From NCBI GenBank assembly GCA_013265495.1, contig MU058213.1:2108001-2172000 (forward strand): DNA of 64,000 nt, given 5' to 3'. Source of the stretch: Vicugna vicugna. Taxonomy: Eukaryota. Positions 38,161 through 51,483 of this stretch are shown here, piece after piece. The stretch's first letter is position 1; each line of letters starts with the position of its first letter. A model generated the notes under the pieces. That model was not told the origin of the DNA, did no database searches, and saw nothing but the letters and a program-made list of their open reading frames with translations. The translations under genes and the position numbers were made by a program.

Positions 38161-39639
38161 GGTTAGGAAAGTAGGACAGGCAATATATACAAAGTGGGAC
38201 CAGCTTTTTAGGCTTAGGACAAAAGGATTTGGACCCTTGTAAAATTCTTGGCTACTTTCACTGATTATGTTTATGAAATTGTATTTTTTAAAATTTTTTG
38301 TTGGCTAGTTTCATTGATTTTGTTTAAGTTTTTTTTTTTCTTTCCTAATTTGGCTGCTATTTCCTTTTTGGCCCTTGCTAAATTTTTAATGACAACACAC
38401 AGTCACTTGTGTTAGTTGAGAGACGAGAAAGAGTGAAAGGGTGTTTGTCCGATATTGTTGAGTTTAGCATGTTTTAAGGAGAGGAAGACGTTCCTGGGGC
38501 TGGGTGTGCTGGTGGCAGTAGGGGCAAAAAGGAAAGAACCCCAAAGGGAAAGTGACTCTAGGAGAAAAAATTGTGAATATTATTACAATAAATCCTCCCC
38601 CTGCCTTCAGCAAGGGTTTTTATAAACATACTGTTTCAATAAGGATGAGTGATTATTCATTTTCAGCCCTGACTTATTGGGTTTGTTTTTTTGTTTTTTT
38701 TTTTGGTTTGGGGGGTTTTGGTTGTTTGTTTTGTTTTGTTTTTGCTTTTGAAAGGCACTCAATTGCATAAGCAGCAGAGACTCAATCAGGTGTGTATGGA
38801 GGCCCTGATGGTGCTAATACCACCAGCTAAGCTCTGGCCCCAGGGAGATGAGCAGGTATTTGGCCTCAGGCCCAGTTGCCTTCCTCCTGTTGTCAACAAC
38901 TTTTTATTTCCCTTCTAAGATTCTTTTTTATGTTCTCACCCTGTCGTCACAAGTCCCACTTACTAACAGCTTGTTAACAGTCTTTTTGGTTGAAACAGAG
39001 GTGAAAATCCTATCTCAACCTTCAACCCTTCGCATGCTGTAAGTGATTCTTCCTTCCCCTCAGAGGGGCATCAGTCTGTGACACTGCTGTTTTTGTCCCT
39101 GGCTGTTGAGTCTTGTTTATGTCTGTTCGCAGCTCTGGCAGCCAGTCTGTGCCCTGTGCAGGGACTGTTCCAGCCCTTGTCGCTGCTGCTACACTGTCTG
39201 AGGCTGCTGGAGACTGAACACTCCCCTTCTTGGTGACTGCCGAGCCTACAGGGACTCACTGGCTGTTTCCCAAGACAAAGACTAGTGGCAAAGTAAGGAT
39301 CGGGAAGCCAGATGCTTCTTCCTGCCAGTGCCTGTCATCGGAGAGCCTCCAGCCCACACACCGTGGAATTTACCTGGTACTATAAGTCTTGGGCTTGTGA
39401 AGTCTTTGGGGGCATAGCGTAGCGCTTTAGAGTTCTCTTAGAAACATGGGGATACAAGGGACTTTTCTACAGTCACAGCATATGTGCTTGCCCCACTCTG
39501 TAGGAGGGAGAGGTAAACAATGAGATTTCTTTCTCTCTGTTGTTTCTTAGCACACATGGGAGTAGAAAAGAATATCATTCGTCTGAATTTTCTAACTTGC
39601 CATTTTGTTTCTAAAGAGTTGTGAGTCTCACATTTTCAT

Positions 39640-39890
39640 GGTAGCAGAGTATAATGAGTAGATGTGTGGGCTCTGGGATCAGTTCTTGATTTGGACACTT
39701 ACTGGCTTTGTGACCTTGAGCAGCTTACGTAACCATTACAGTGTCTTGGTTCCTCCGGTTAAAAAGTGGAGTTTAATAGTAAGGCCTCATCTGTGGAGTT
39801 GTTGAATGGATGGATGGAGTAGCTGGTTGTTGTGCTCAGAGACATGTCTGGTGTATCATAAACAAGCACAGCCCTTGGCATGACTATTAG
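39640..39890 (+). mobile_element. MIR
   Basis: gtgggctctggga..cacttactggctttgtgaccttgagcagcttac. Confidence 0.8.
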
Positions 39891-40499
39891 AAGGGCCCGC
39901 TTGTTTTCCTAGGAGATTGCGCTTGCCTAGTGAATCAGGGCTCTGAGGGTAGAGCTTCCCTGGTTAGGTAATGAATTAACTCCCTGAGTGGAGTCATGGA
40001 GGGATTCTCAATGGGTGGACCCTGATAGCTGCCTGGATGCTGATTTCTAATCGGAAGGCAACTGAAAGCAGAATGCAGAATCAGCCGCATTCTAGGCCAG
40101 CACATGTCCATTTCCAGTACCGTTATGTGATGGAACACATTGTAATATCCCACGAAACTGACACAATTTTTTGTTGGAACAATGTTAACTTTAAATTCTA
40201 GCCAACTATACTCAACAGTAATAAATCACAGTTTCCAAGAGTAAGGCAAGATGCCTGTTGGTACTCAGCCTTCATTCAAAGGCATAGCCCAGCTGTACTT
40301 TACCTGGAACAAATGGCACATATAATGTGATATGAGATAATTAAGATAGGTATCTAAAACTTGAGTGAAAAGTACTCTGCAGTTAGCCTCTGAGCATGAC
40401 TGTATGAGTACTTTTAAATGGTTGTCTTGATATAAATAATATTACAACAAAATAAAATGATTCATTATAATCTTACCATACATATGATCTTAAGTTATA

Positions 40500-40900
40500 A
40501 GACTATCTGACACTCTTGTATCAAGTTGCTTTTCTTTTTCATATTCCTTTCAGTCAATCTTTATACATAAACATATGCTTTGTACATTAAAAGGTAATAC
40601 ATAATTTTCTATTTTTTTCTTATTCACGTAACCTTATTTACTCAAGCATGTTTAAAATAACATAATCCTCATAATTATTCACTTTAATGTCTAGATAGCA
40701 TTCTACTAGACAGATGTGTTAGGTTTTACCATCTTCTTGTTGGATGCTAAGGTTATTTTCATATTAAGATAACACCACAGCCCATTACTTTGTGCATAGC
40801 TTCTTTCCCCTTCTCTTGGATGCATTCTCTAGGCATTAATTTAAAAAGTAATAATATATTCATAATTATTAACTGAATTGTCTTATTCTTGTAAAAACAT
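40500..40900 (-). mobile_element. Old L1ME fragment
   Basis: ctagatagcattctact..ttgttggatgctaaggttatttt. Confidence 0.55.
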
Positions 40901-41029
40901 TAGCTCCTTAGTTTATAAGATCCTTTAGGAACAGACCTCAGATGTAGAATTTGGAGAAGGATGTGAAACATGGCAACTGAGAGTGGATGGAGTCTTCTCC
41001 AGACGAGAACCATTTATTCTCTTAAAGAA

Positions 41030-41450
41030 AAAATTAACTGAGTAGTTTACATGTTCCAGTTACTCTGCTAAGCTCTGAGGATAGGACGATGAGTAAAATG
41101 ACATGGTCCTTGTCTCCTTAGAGACTGAATCTACTGAGGGAGTCATTTCTAGTCAAATAATTGCACAAATAAATAATACATCACAATATTGTGCAATAAT
41201 AGTATGTGTATATGCCACGAGGGTCTAACTATGGGGAGTGACTAAGGCAAAAGGCTCAGGCTTCCAATTTTCTAAGGAAATAATATTTGACCTTAGTTGT
41301 GAAGGATGAATAAAAAGTCAACTGGGGGTTGGGGTATTTTTCAGGCAGTGGGAAGAACATCTGAACTGGCCCTGTGTCAGGAGAGCAAAGACTCACTGGG
41401 GATAAGAATTCATTAAAGAAATCAGGGTAGCTGGAACACAGATCTTGAGG
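41030..41450 (-). mobile_element. L2 3' region
   Basis: actctgctaagctctgaggata..gacatggtccttgtctc..ttcaggcagtgggaagaacat. Confidence 0.8.
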
Positions 41451-42229
41451 CATCTCCTGCTTTCTGGGACAAGAGTCTCATTGCCCTAGAATATTGATTC
41501 TGAATGTGAATGGGAGAATGGAGTTTGTGATTATATTACTTTTTAATCCACGAGCTTATTGCTATGGCAAAAACTGGTTCTGATATCGGTAAAAACCTTC
41601 CAAGTTGCTTGGTGGTTTCTATATGCTTATTAGAAACAATATTCTGTTTATAATCAATAAGAAGAAGGAGTGGCCATATTATTTATATAGCTCTTTTTAA
41701 GAGAGGTAATTTGTATCTATGACTTTATGTGAATAAAAGGCATTTTATTTTCAAGATGACTTCTGAGCCAAGCAAAACAAATACAAATATTCTGTTGACA
41801 TTAAAGTTGGCCAAATCTCTGTAGAGATTATATATTGTGTATGAAAGGCAGTCAAATTGCTTAAACATCTATTATCTCAGAGCTCTCCAATCTAATAAAT
41901 TCTTCAGTAGGATATCAACTTTCTAAATGTCAGGACAAATTATAGCTATTTATGACTTAATCTTCATTGGGCTATGAAGGATTCAAAATGCCTGCCCTCT
42001 CACCCCAGCATGTAGGCAGTTGGGTGGAATCTGTAATGCTTTGGGTCCATACAGATGGATATATATGATTAATGGGTATGTTATGATCACCTCCTATTTT
42101 CATGGCACTTTTCTAAAATTTTCTAAAGCATTTCCATATTTCTCATTGCATTAGAAGTCTGATTTTAGCACCAGAATAGACTTTAATGGTTACTTAGTCA
42201 AAAGACATTTTTAACAGAAAAAGCAATAA

Positions 42230-42420
42230 GTTGGAAGAACTGTGTTCAAATTAAAGCTCTGTAATGAAATAGATAAGTGGCTTTAGGCAAGTTACAAACT
42301 CTCTGCAACACATCCTCCTTATTTCTGCACGGAGGCTAACAAGTACCAAATGTGTAAGGCTGGCTTGAGTAATAATTGAGGGCACATATGAAAAAGGTTC
42401 CCAGGAGATGTTTCATCTAT
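42230..42420 (+). mobile_element. MIR
   Basis: gtggctttaggcaagttacaaactctctg. Confidence 0.6.
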
Positions 42421-42496
42421 ATAAATATATTTAGAAATGCAACACACGTTCACACACAAACTAGTGCAAGTAAATGGTTCCCACCCAGGTGTTATT

Positions 42497-42545
42497 TTTA
42501 AACACCTTTATTGTAGTATGATTTCTGTACAGTAAACCACACATA
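42497..42545 (-). mobile_element. 49-bp L1 extreme 3' end with perfect 17-bp TSD
   Basis: CCCACCCAGGTGTTATT at 42480-42496 and 42546-42562; insert on minus is tatgtgtggtttactgtacagaaatcatactacAATAAAggtgtttaaa. Confidence 0.8.
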
Positions 42546-43178
42546 CCCACCCAGGTGTTATTGGCTCAAGTTTACAGGTGATAAAATGGAAGAGAATGAG
42601 GGCAAGGTGCTTGTTTAAGACCACTTCACAATAAAATCCAGATCTCCTGACTCTTGGTCTTTCACAATTATCTTCATTCCTGTCCTTCGCCTTTGGAATT
42701 TCTTTCCCTGCCCATGTTCTCTTCTTCAGGAATTTATTCCTTTTCATATTAAGCAGAAAATAAACAACAACATTTATGGATTTTATTAATGTGGCCCTCT
42801 GACCTCCAACTGCTGTTCTTGTGTCTTATTAAAAACATCTCTAACCATAAACTATCAACTTAACAATAAGAGCATGCAATACTGCAGGAAAAAAAAAAAC
42901 CTAAATTGGACATCACGGAATCTTAAGTTTAAGTCTTTTCATTTCAGTGATTAGCTGTGTGATTTTAAATCAGACACAACCTTTCTGTGCTTTATCAAAA
43001 AAGATGATATTGGCCTGGAACTTATTTACCCTTAACATTTTGAGAATCTCTGCTTAGATATAATAATTACAGTGTCCATTACTTACCAAAAGCAATTATC
43101 ATCAGTGAAATGCATGAAGTGAGTTTCTGTCATGATTTACTAAGCTGTTCTACATATTGTTCTGGAGGCTTTTTCTTT

Positions 43179-43408
43179 TCTTTTTTCTTTTAATTTTTAA
43201 ACATTGAATGAAATTTTCTTTAAATTCTTTAATGCTTTACAGTTTTCACAAGTTTCACACGTGATTTTATACAGTCTCATAGTAACTCTTCTTTTTCTCA
43301 CCCTTTATTGCCCCTCGCCCACCCTCTCCCTGCTAGTAACCACTAATTTGTTCTCTGTATCTGTGAGTCTGCTTCTCTTTTGTTTTATTCACTAGTTTGT
43401 TGTATTTA
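43179..43408 (-). mobile_element. L1 3' fragment with degenerate TSD
   Basis: gtaaccactaatttgttctctgtatctgtgagtctgcttc; TSD-like ggaggctttttcttt (43164-43178) and ggagattttttcttt (43409-43423). Confidence 0.8.
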
Positions 43409-44289
43409 GGAGATTTTTTCTTTCTATTAAGATATTTCAACATTAGATGGGTAGAGACTTCCCATGGGAATGTATTCATTTGTATTTATATATTTGTGAG
43501 CTGCAGCAGGAATAAAATAACTACCCTTTCTACTCCTTGTTTCCTGAACTACTGCTTAACCTGTAAGAACCAAACCAAGTGACATAATTTGTGTGATGCC
43601 TCCCCACTGACCCAAATGGAAACAGTCACACCCAGAGTACTTAGTTAAACCACCCACCAGGAATCAGTGTGATTGTTTATGTGTCTGCAGGTTCTAGTCT
43701 AGAGGCTGTCAATAATTATTTGCTGAATGGAAGAAGATGGGAAAAATTTAGTAAGTCTCCATGTATCTGTCACTGCATATACTAAACAGAACACTTTTCA
43801 GATTATTCTAAGATTATCTTCATTGTATATTTGATCCTGTGTGACATTTATGGTGAAAAAAATTATGAAGAGGCTCAGGACAACCTGGGTAACCTGATGA
43901 CTTGTGGGAAACTGCCCCTGTGACCTTTGACTGACACTCAAAAAGTGACTGTGCACCCCCATGCGTTGCTTTTTCCTTCAGTATTAGCTGTCACTACAGA
44001 GCTCACATCGTTTATTTGTTTTCTGGTGGAAACTATGAAAATGTAGAAGTGCAGAGAGGAGGGTTTAGTTGGAAAGAGAGAAGTCCACAGAAAGCCTGGG
44101 GTGTGTGGAGGGACAGTGTTTCCCTCGGAGTGGGACTGTCACCTGGGGATCTTCCCTTGGCTTCTAAGTCTTCGCAACTGCTTTGCAGGAACTCTCCAAC
44201 CACACTTACCAGATTTGTAGAACTCCTGCTAGAGTTAATTTAGAGTAGGTTTGTAACCAGTAGCAGTTTTGGTGTGAAGTGGATTCAAG

Positions 44290-44500
44290 AGAGGTAGTAT
44301 GGTGTCACTCGGTGCCCTGGGGCTGTGTGTTCTAGTTCTTGCATCCATCAGCTGGCAGAAGCCATGTCATCTTTTTGAGACTCAGCTGGTCATTTATTAA
44401 AAGGAAGTAATGATCCTTTCCTTTCTCTTTCATGGAATTGTTGTGCAGCTCAATTTAGAAAATAAATAGGTAAGTGTTCATAAAGTGTAAGATGTTATTA
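44290..44500 (+). mobile_element. MIR
   Basis: tgtgttctagttcttg..catggaattgttgtg..aaagtgtaagatgttatt. Confidence 0.6.
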
Positions 44501-46265
44501 TTTACCTCTCCCATTTAGATTTTACTTTCATGAATTAAAACATAATGACAGACTGTACTATATTTTTAGCTTGTGGTGAGGACCAATTTTAGCTTGGGAT
44601 AATTTGGACCATAAGATTGGTGGATGATCTTGTACTTAGTTTAACCTAAATAATTAATTTTCACTGCACATTTAAAAGAGGATATACTGTACACAGAGGA
44701 CATTAAAAACCAAGATATTCTTTCCTCATCCTAAAGAAAGCCTATGTTTAATATGACTAAATCATACTTTGAACATTGAATCATCTGAATATGTAACAAT
44801 CAAAATATGACTTCTTTAAGCACAGGGAAATAGACTTTTTGATTTAAAAAATAACGTTTCCTCTTGAAGATAGAGTGTTATTTATAGACTGTGTTAAAGG
44901 TATATGGCTATATGTGTTTGCCAGCCTGCTTATAACTAAGAATCTCAAGATGGGAATTAAGGTTTCAATAGAAAATTGTGCTTTCACAGCTGTTCTGGGC
45001 CAAATATTGAATCAGAGTATTATTTCAATCCATGGTTTTTATAAAGAGAAAGTGGCACTTAGTTTCATGGGGAATGTCCTAGAACAAAGGGATTTTGTTT
45101 GCATTACTCTGCTTTTTCACTGGAGGGGATAAATGTCACCCAGTGATTTTTGATTAGATATTCCTGGACTTTTACAGCCATTACATTAGATTCTCATTTC
45201 AGGTAGTCTCTCCTAGGGTAGAACTTTTGCAAAAGTAAAGATAAAATAAAGCACAGCCTGTTATATCTTTTCATGTTACAGAAGTTAAACACCGCAATCT
45301 GTAAAGAGGAGACAAAAACAAGGCACTTTTGTTTGGGGCTTGTCAAGATTTCAAACCCCAAAGGCTCTGTGTTTGGCAATACAGCCACTCCTTCCCAAGG
45401 GAAAGGCTTGTGTTCTCTGTGGCAATTAGCGTCTGCCACACACCTGAGATTGGAAGGACTTTGTGAGGGAAAAAAATTCGTTTCAGAGCGTTGGTATAAA
45501 GCCCTTAGTCAAGGAAGACTGTATTTTTGCATTCTAAACTCTGGCTTTTCTTAAACTCCCTGTAAAGGCAGGATAGCTCTTTTGTTTAGATCTTAAACAT
45601 ACAGCTCTCCTGGTCAAATGACAAAGCTCTGCAAGTCTGGTGGCCTCATTTAATTTGTGGTGTCAGGGGAAACAATCCCCAGTGAAGACGTAAACACTGG
45701 ACTATTATTTACCAGTGACACTGGCTCTGAGCCTAATCTTCAGGTGTCTCCAGAAACTATTTTTGAAAGAAAGATCTTCCTTGTTTAGATCTGATGAAAA
45801 ATCTCCATGCCTGACCAGATGCTTTGTTTTTGTGATCATTCCTGCCTAGGTCTGTAAAATATGAAGTGACATCACAGACCCGGTGTCCTTATCTGTATCC
45901 AAGGACTTGGTGCCCTTGGCCAGGACTCACCATGGGAACACGATGTGTTTAAACTGACACCCGTCTGGAGCTTATGAGATGTATTTGCAAGAAACATGCA
46001 TTTGACAATTGTATTGTTCCTGTTGTTGATTCAGACAAGGTAGTTTAGTTGTCTTTTTTTGATGGGAGAATATGAGTCTTGCAGACACTAAAGCAGAGGT
46101 GTTTTTGGAAGGAGGTAGAGAGGGCCCTGTCACTAATTTCCCAGAGTATGACTAGTATGTACGAAATAATCATCTTGAAGGGGCTGAGGGGATCCTGTGA
46201 TTGTGGAAAAGAAAACAAACATAAAGTTTAGAATCGTAAACCCTGGATTTGAATAATGGCCACAT

Positions 46266-46367
46266 GATCCCAGAGAAACCACGTTACTCCTAAGACCACA
46301 GTTTTCTCAGCAGTAAGATCCCAGAGAAACCACATTACTCCTGAGACCACAGTTCTCTCAGTGGTAA
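46266..46367 (+). repeat. 51-bp tandem duplication (2 copies) inside a MIR (about 46225-46470)
   Basis: Units 46266-46316 and 46317-46367 differ at 5 positions, all transitions. Confidence 0.95.
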
Positions 46368-46519
46368 AGTGGGGGTCATTTTTCATTTGCCTTTTATTCT
46401 GTGGATCAAAATAAAGTGATATAATGTATTTCAAAGTGTTTTATGAATATTAAAACAGTAAGATATTATTGCCATCATTACTACTACTACCACTATTGGG
46501 AGAGGAGGAAAGACCACAG

Positions 46520-47740
46520 AGAATAAATACATAAAAACATTTGTCATGTCCTCTGTTCCATGCTAGATATTATACTCTCCATTAAGAGTACAAGGACCTT
46601 TGTTACAGTCCTTGACCTGAAAGAGCATGGCTGTTAGGGGAAGTAGGCTTATAAAAGTACAACTGCAAGGCTACGTGGTAAATAGAGATGGCTACTAGAC
46701 CCCAGGACAGAACAAAAGGAAGTGAGTAGCATGGTTTGAGTGAGTCTGGAAGGGCTTTCAAAGGAGAAAGGCACCTAATCCTTTGCACCTTGAAGCTTGG
46801 GTAGGAGTTTACTTCTCCCTTCCATGGGGAAGAGGGCATTCCAGAGAGACGGGCGTGGGAGGAATGAAATCTCGGGGCAAGCTCAGGGATCTGCCCGTAG
46901 TTTGCTATGCCTGAAGCTCTCCTTCTATGTGGGATAAACAGCAAGAGCGGAGGCTAGACAGGGAAGCAGGTGGCAGATTCCGAAGGGTCGCTTTCCTTAG
47001 TCAACACTTTCCTCTAGAGAAAGGCTGTAAGCAGGTAAGTGGCATCCATTTATTTAATGTATATTTATCTCACTTTCTCTGTGCTAGGCATTGTTCTAAG
47101 AGCTTTATAACTGTTAATTTGTTTTATCTTCATAACAATCAGATGAAACAGATATTATGTGCTTTCCCATTTCACTTCTGAGGAAAGTGAGGCATAGACA
47201 GGTTAAGTAACATTCCCAAGATGACACAGTTTGTAAGAGATGGAACCGGGATTCCCCTCGGGTTCTGAAGTCCACAGAGTTAACCACTTCGGTATGCTTC
47301 CACTCGGGACAGGTGCCCTGTCTTAGAAAGATCCTGGCTACTGTGCCCGGGATGGATGGGGGAGGAGGCAAGGAGGAAGATGAGTGGGGATACAGATCTA
47401 AGAGTCCAGATAAGAAATGATGCATCAGTGAGGTAAGACAGGAAATGGGTGGGTTCAAAGGATGCGTTTGGAGGTAGAATTGATAGTAATTAGTGTGGGC
47501 TGACCTTGGTTGGCATATAAGAGGGAAGGAGTTAATGATCTCAAGTTCTGAGATAGTTGATGATTCCATTAACAAGACGGGAAAATGTAGACTAAGAATG
47601 GGAGGAGAGAGATAACTGGTCGTATGAAGTTTGAAGCAGCTACGGAGTCTGCAGGTGGTGATGTACAGAAGCCAGATGGTTATATAGAGCTGAGATTCAA
47701 AGGAAGATCTCAGTCTGAAATTTATATTTGGGAATCACCA
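46520..47740 (-). mobile_element. L2, interrupted by a MIR
   Basis: ggaagagggcattccagagag..; tttggaggtagaattga..gatggttatatagagctgagattcaa..atttgggaatcacca. Confidence 0.75.
47045..47290 (-). mobile_element. MIR nested in L2
   Basis: tgtgctaggcattgttctaagagcttt..gaggaaagtgaggcatagacaggttaagtaac. Confidence 0.88.
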
Positions 47741-48559
47741 CTGAAAGCTGTGGGTATATATGTGAATGTGCAGGGCAATTTTAAATGGATTCCCTACTGA
47801 CTTGCTCCAGCCTGGAAATATAGATGTTTGAGTTTGCCTCTTTTGACATAAACTGAGAAGTGCAAAGGATTTGGAATGGAGCTCTAGGGAGAGCCAGCTC
47901 TTATGGTGTCTTCCAGAATGAGAGAATAAGCAAAATAATATCAGTGCATTCTGCCAGCAGTTAGTAGAAATTAGGCATATGAAACTGCTCAATTAGAGTT
48001 TAACAACTGCAGAAATAATAATGATAGTTTAAATATAGTATAAATATAAATAATAGTTGGCAAAAAAAGGAATCAAGCACATCTACGTGCTGAGCACTTT
48101 AGCACCGAGATAGAATATCTGACTACTCAAAAGGCAAGTTCTCTTTAGACTCCCCAGGGAGGATACTTCAGATACCTGCCTTTAGCTTTGTCACTGTAGG
48201 CTCCTGCAGCTGGGATTTATCATACAGTCTGCTTGACAGTGAATAGCTTTCTCAGGGCAGGTTAGGGTCCATCACCAGAGACACTGCTGCTTTCACGGAA
48301 TACTGGGAGGTTTAACTTATCATTTTATCCGTTGTGTAAGTCATCTTAAGAGGCAAAAGATTTTTTATGTCAGTGGAAGTATAAACAGTTTCAGGAGTGG
48401 GTCATGCCCTTTAAGTTCACATTTGGGAGGACCCCGCATTGAAATTCAGCCTGGATGAAAGGGGAGAGGATTGCTTCCTGTCAGGAGTCGTGGAAGAAAA
48501 GAATCACCCTTCATGTTCACCACGAGGTTTTATTGGCAGTTTACCGCTTTGTGCCACAT

Positions 48560-49100
48560 TATTTGAAAAGAATGTGTTTTCTGTGCTATTTCGGGGATTG
48601 TTCTACAAATATCAGTTAGGCTCTGTTGCTTGATGCTGTTGTTGAATTCTGTATATTTGCTAATTTTTTTTGTCTAGCTGCTGTATCTGTTGTTAATGGA
48701 GTGTGGATTAAAGTCTGCAACTTAAAATGTAGATTCATGTACTTCCACTTTCAATTGTATCAATTTTTACATGATGTATTTTGCAGATCTGTCTTTGGTG
48801 TATGTATATTTAAGATTGTTATGTCTTCTTGGTGAATTGACCCCCTTACCTTTATGTAATGTTTCCCTCAGTGTCTGATAATTTTCTTGGCTCATAGGTC
48901 TATAGTCTTATCTGGTATTAATATACTTTCTTTTGATTATTTACAGTTACCTTTGTCTATCCTTTTATCTTCAACCTGCCTAGGTTGTTAAACTTGAAGT
49001 GAGTTTCTCATAGACAGCATATAATAGAGTCATGTTTTTCAATCCATTCTGTCAATATGTGTCTTTTCATCAGTATATTTAGATGATATACACTTAATAT
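48560..49100 (-). mobile_element. L1M fragment spanning the ORF2 endonuclease region
   Basis: tttgaaaagaatgtgttttctg..gattgttatgtcttcttggtgaattgaccc..tttctcatagacagcatata. Confidence 0.88.
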
Positions 49101-49559
49101 ATTTTTCTGTATTTAATATAAAATGGCTTATCGTAAGATGACTTCAGGCTTCCTAATTGTCATGGTTTCTTAAAGCTCTAAAAAGAAAAAAATAAATTAG
49201 TTATTTTATTATTCTGATAGTTTATTATTTTAGACATTTTGATAGTTTGGCTCAATTTTTAAGAAGTCACTAGCACAGAGCCTAGTAGGTTGTAATGAAA
49301 GTTCCAGCTTGTTATACTTGGATTGTGAACAAACAAATGGAATAGTCAGTCTTTGCTCTTTTGTTTCTCATCATTACAAATGTAAATATAAAACTTGGCC
49401 TCAAGCCTGCAGTGGTGACTTATGTGCAGTCTGTCGACAGCTCTCCATGTGGCCTTCTCTGGACTCTTTAATCTATACTCCAATTGATTAGTTCCAGGAT
49501 TGTCCAGTGCCCCAGACTTGCAAAGTGAAAGCAAAGAAGGGAGGGAGATAAAGGATTTT

Positions 49560-50050
49560 AGACTCTAAGTTCCAGTAAGGCAGGGGCTGTATCTTTTTCT
49601 CACCACTTTTTACTTAAAGCATAGTATGGTATATCCCATAAAAGACATGTGATTAATATTTATCAAACGAGTGTATAAACAGATGAAGTAGAGGACAGAT
49701 TTATTAACCCTCAGCACAAGAGCGGTCCTCGGTTGTTAGAATATCCTTTCTTGCATCTTCTGTACATACCCAGTCCCCATCATCCAAGGCATATTTCAGA
49801 GTCCAATTCCTTCACAGTATTTGCTGAATCCTCTCCCCTCTGGAAGTGGTCTCTCCCTTTCCTGAAATCTTACAGTCCTTCCTAATTCCACTGATCACTT
49901 TCTACCTGTTGTTGGAGATATTTACTCACATGCCTTATTTATGATCTTGCAACTTTTCTTATTATTTAAAAGGGGCATTGGTGTCTCTTTTGTCTTAGCA
50001 CAGCCCTTGATACAGTTTTGTACCCGTCAGAGGCTCTTGTTGAATGTCTA
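49560..50050 (+). mobile_element. Two L2 3' fragments
   Basis: gactctaagttccagtaaggcagggg..; cttagcacagccc..cagaggctcttgttgaatgt. Confidence 0.6.
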
Positions 50051-50719
50051 CTGCAGAAAATCATGTCCACACGAGGTGGTTGTTGCTATTGTCTGGGAAT
50101 TGTTCCATGATGGTGGTGAAGGATTGGCAAGGTGAGAAGATGACCCTTGAGGTTTCACTGAAAAGAACAGATGGGCAGAAAAACACCTAGCACCAAAACT
50201 CATGTATAGTATCACAATGACTTTGTCTTCAGAATTGTAGTGTGACATAAATTTTGGAAAGTGACAGCTAATATCGTCTGAATAAAAAGTCAGCTTTAAA
50301 TTTTTAAGCAGGACTGATTTGCTGTTAATTCAGTAGTAAAACAAGGTGAATACATTCTAAAGCTAATGAGCAAGAATTGAAAGTAACAAAAAGAATAAGC
50401 TAAGGTTATAGACCAAAAGCAAAATCTTGATTTAAAATCATTTTCCCTCTCAAAAACTGCCCAGGTAAGATCTACCTAGACTTACCAACATGATAGTTCT
50501 TGTTTGCTTACACTTTTTACTTTTAACTTTTTAAATTACCAGTTTAGTGAATGTTATTTTTTGAAGTTCTCATGGAGATTTTAAAGACAGAAGAAAAGTG
50601 ATACTGCTTTCAGAAGAAAGTACTCTACTGAGAAACCTTTACCAAAGAAAGAGCTCTCATAGGTGCCAAAAACAACAGAAGTATATGTATTACACTCTAG
50701 CAATCTAAGGCCACAGTCT

Positions 50720-51160
50720 GTTTATTTTCCAGGACCTTAATTTAAAAAAAAAATAAGGGAAAGGACTGAAATGACTCTAGAAGGATGTGTAGGAATCAGC
50801 AGGTGAGGAAACAGCCTTTCAAGGAGAGGGGATGAGGAGAGAAAAGCCACAATAGCTGATACAGAATATGATCTTTAGAGACACCTCAGGCTGAGGTCGA
50901 AGGCAGGGAAATGATACAGAATGAGGCTCACAAGATGAATTCAGAGCCTTAGATGTTGTGCCTAATGCTCTTGGAGTTTATTCTTTTTTAAACCATTAAA
51001 GATATTCCCCATTAATCCACAGATGACTGTTTATTGTGCTGGATGCTATTCTAGGCATTGGGGATATAGCAGAGGGCAAGATGCAGTGTGTTTCTTCAAG
51101 GGGCTTAGACTCTAGTGAGGGTACCAAGAAATGGGTAGGTGATTAAAATACAGTGACTAT
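50720..51160 (-). mobile_element. L2 fragments
   Basis: tgtgctggatgctattctaggcattggggatatagcag..gggcttagactctagtg. Confidence 0.7.
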
Positions 51161-51483
51161 GTTATCTTCATCTGCTTTGGAGAAATTTCACGCTTTGTAA
51201 AGGGTTATGGATATTTTAGATTGCTTCCTCTTGGTGCACTTTGGAGATGGCTATAGGCTGGCAAATGTGAGGTGCTTTCTCAAATGAGGTAAAGTTCCTG
51301 TTGCTACAAAGCAGATACTTAAAGTCCTAAATCCTAGGCTACTTCCTGCTTGCAGCAAGGGAGACTGGCAGGAGTTTAAAAAATAAATTAGCACCTGATG
51401 AGGAATTATTCATTGAGGTAACCCAGGAAATCCATACAGTTGTATTTTGGTTTTGTGTTGTGTTTGTCTGCTGTTCTAAGAAA

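Noticed and set aside
46266..46367. CRISPR-like array
   Set aside because: Two abutting copies with no spacers, in mammalian DNA; a simple duplication.
44466..47041. Consensus donors AG/GTAAGT near 44469 and 47035
   Set aside because: Both lie in or at the edge of MIR/L2 relics with no credible upstream acceptor.
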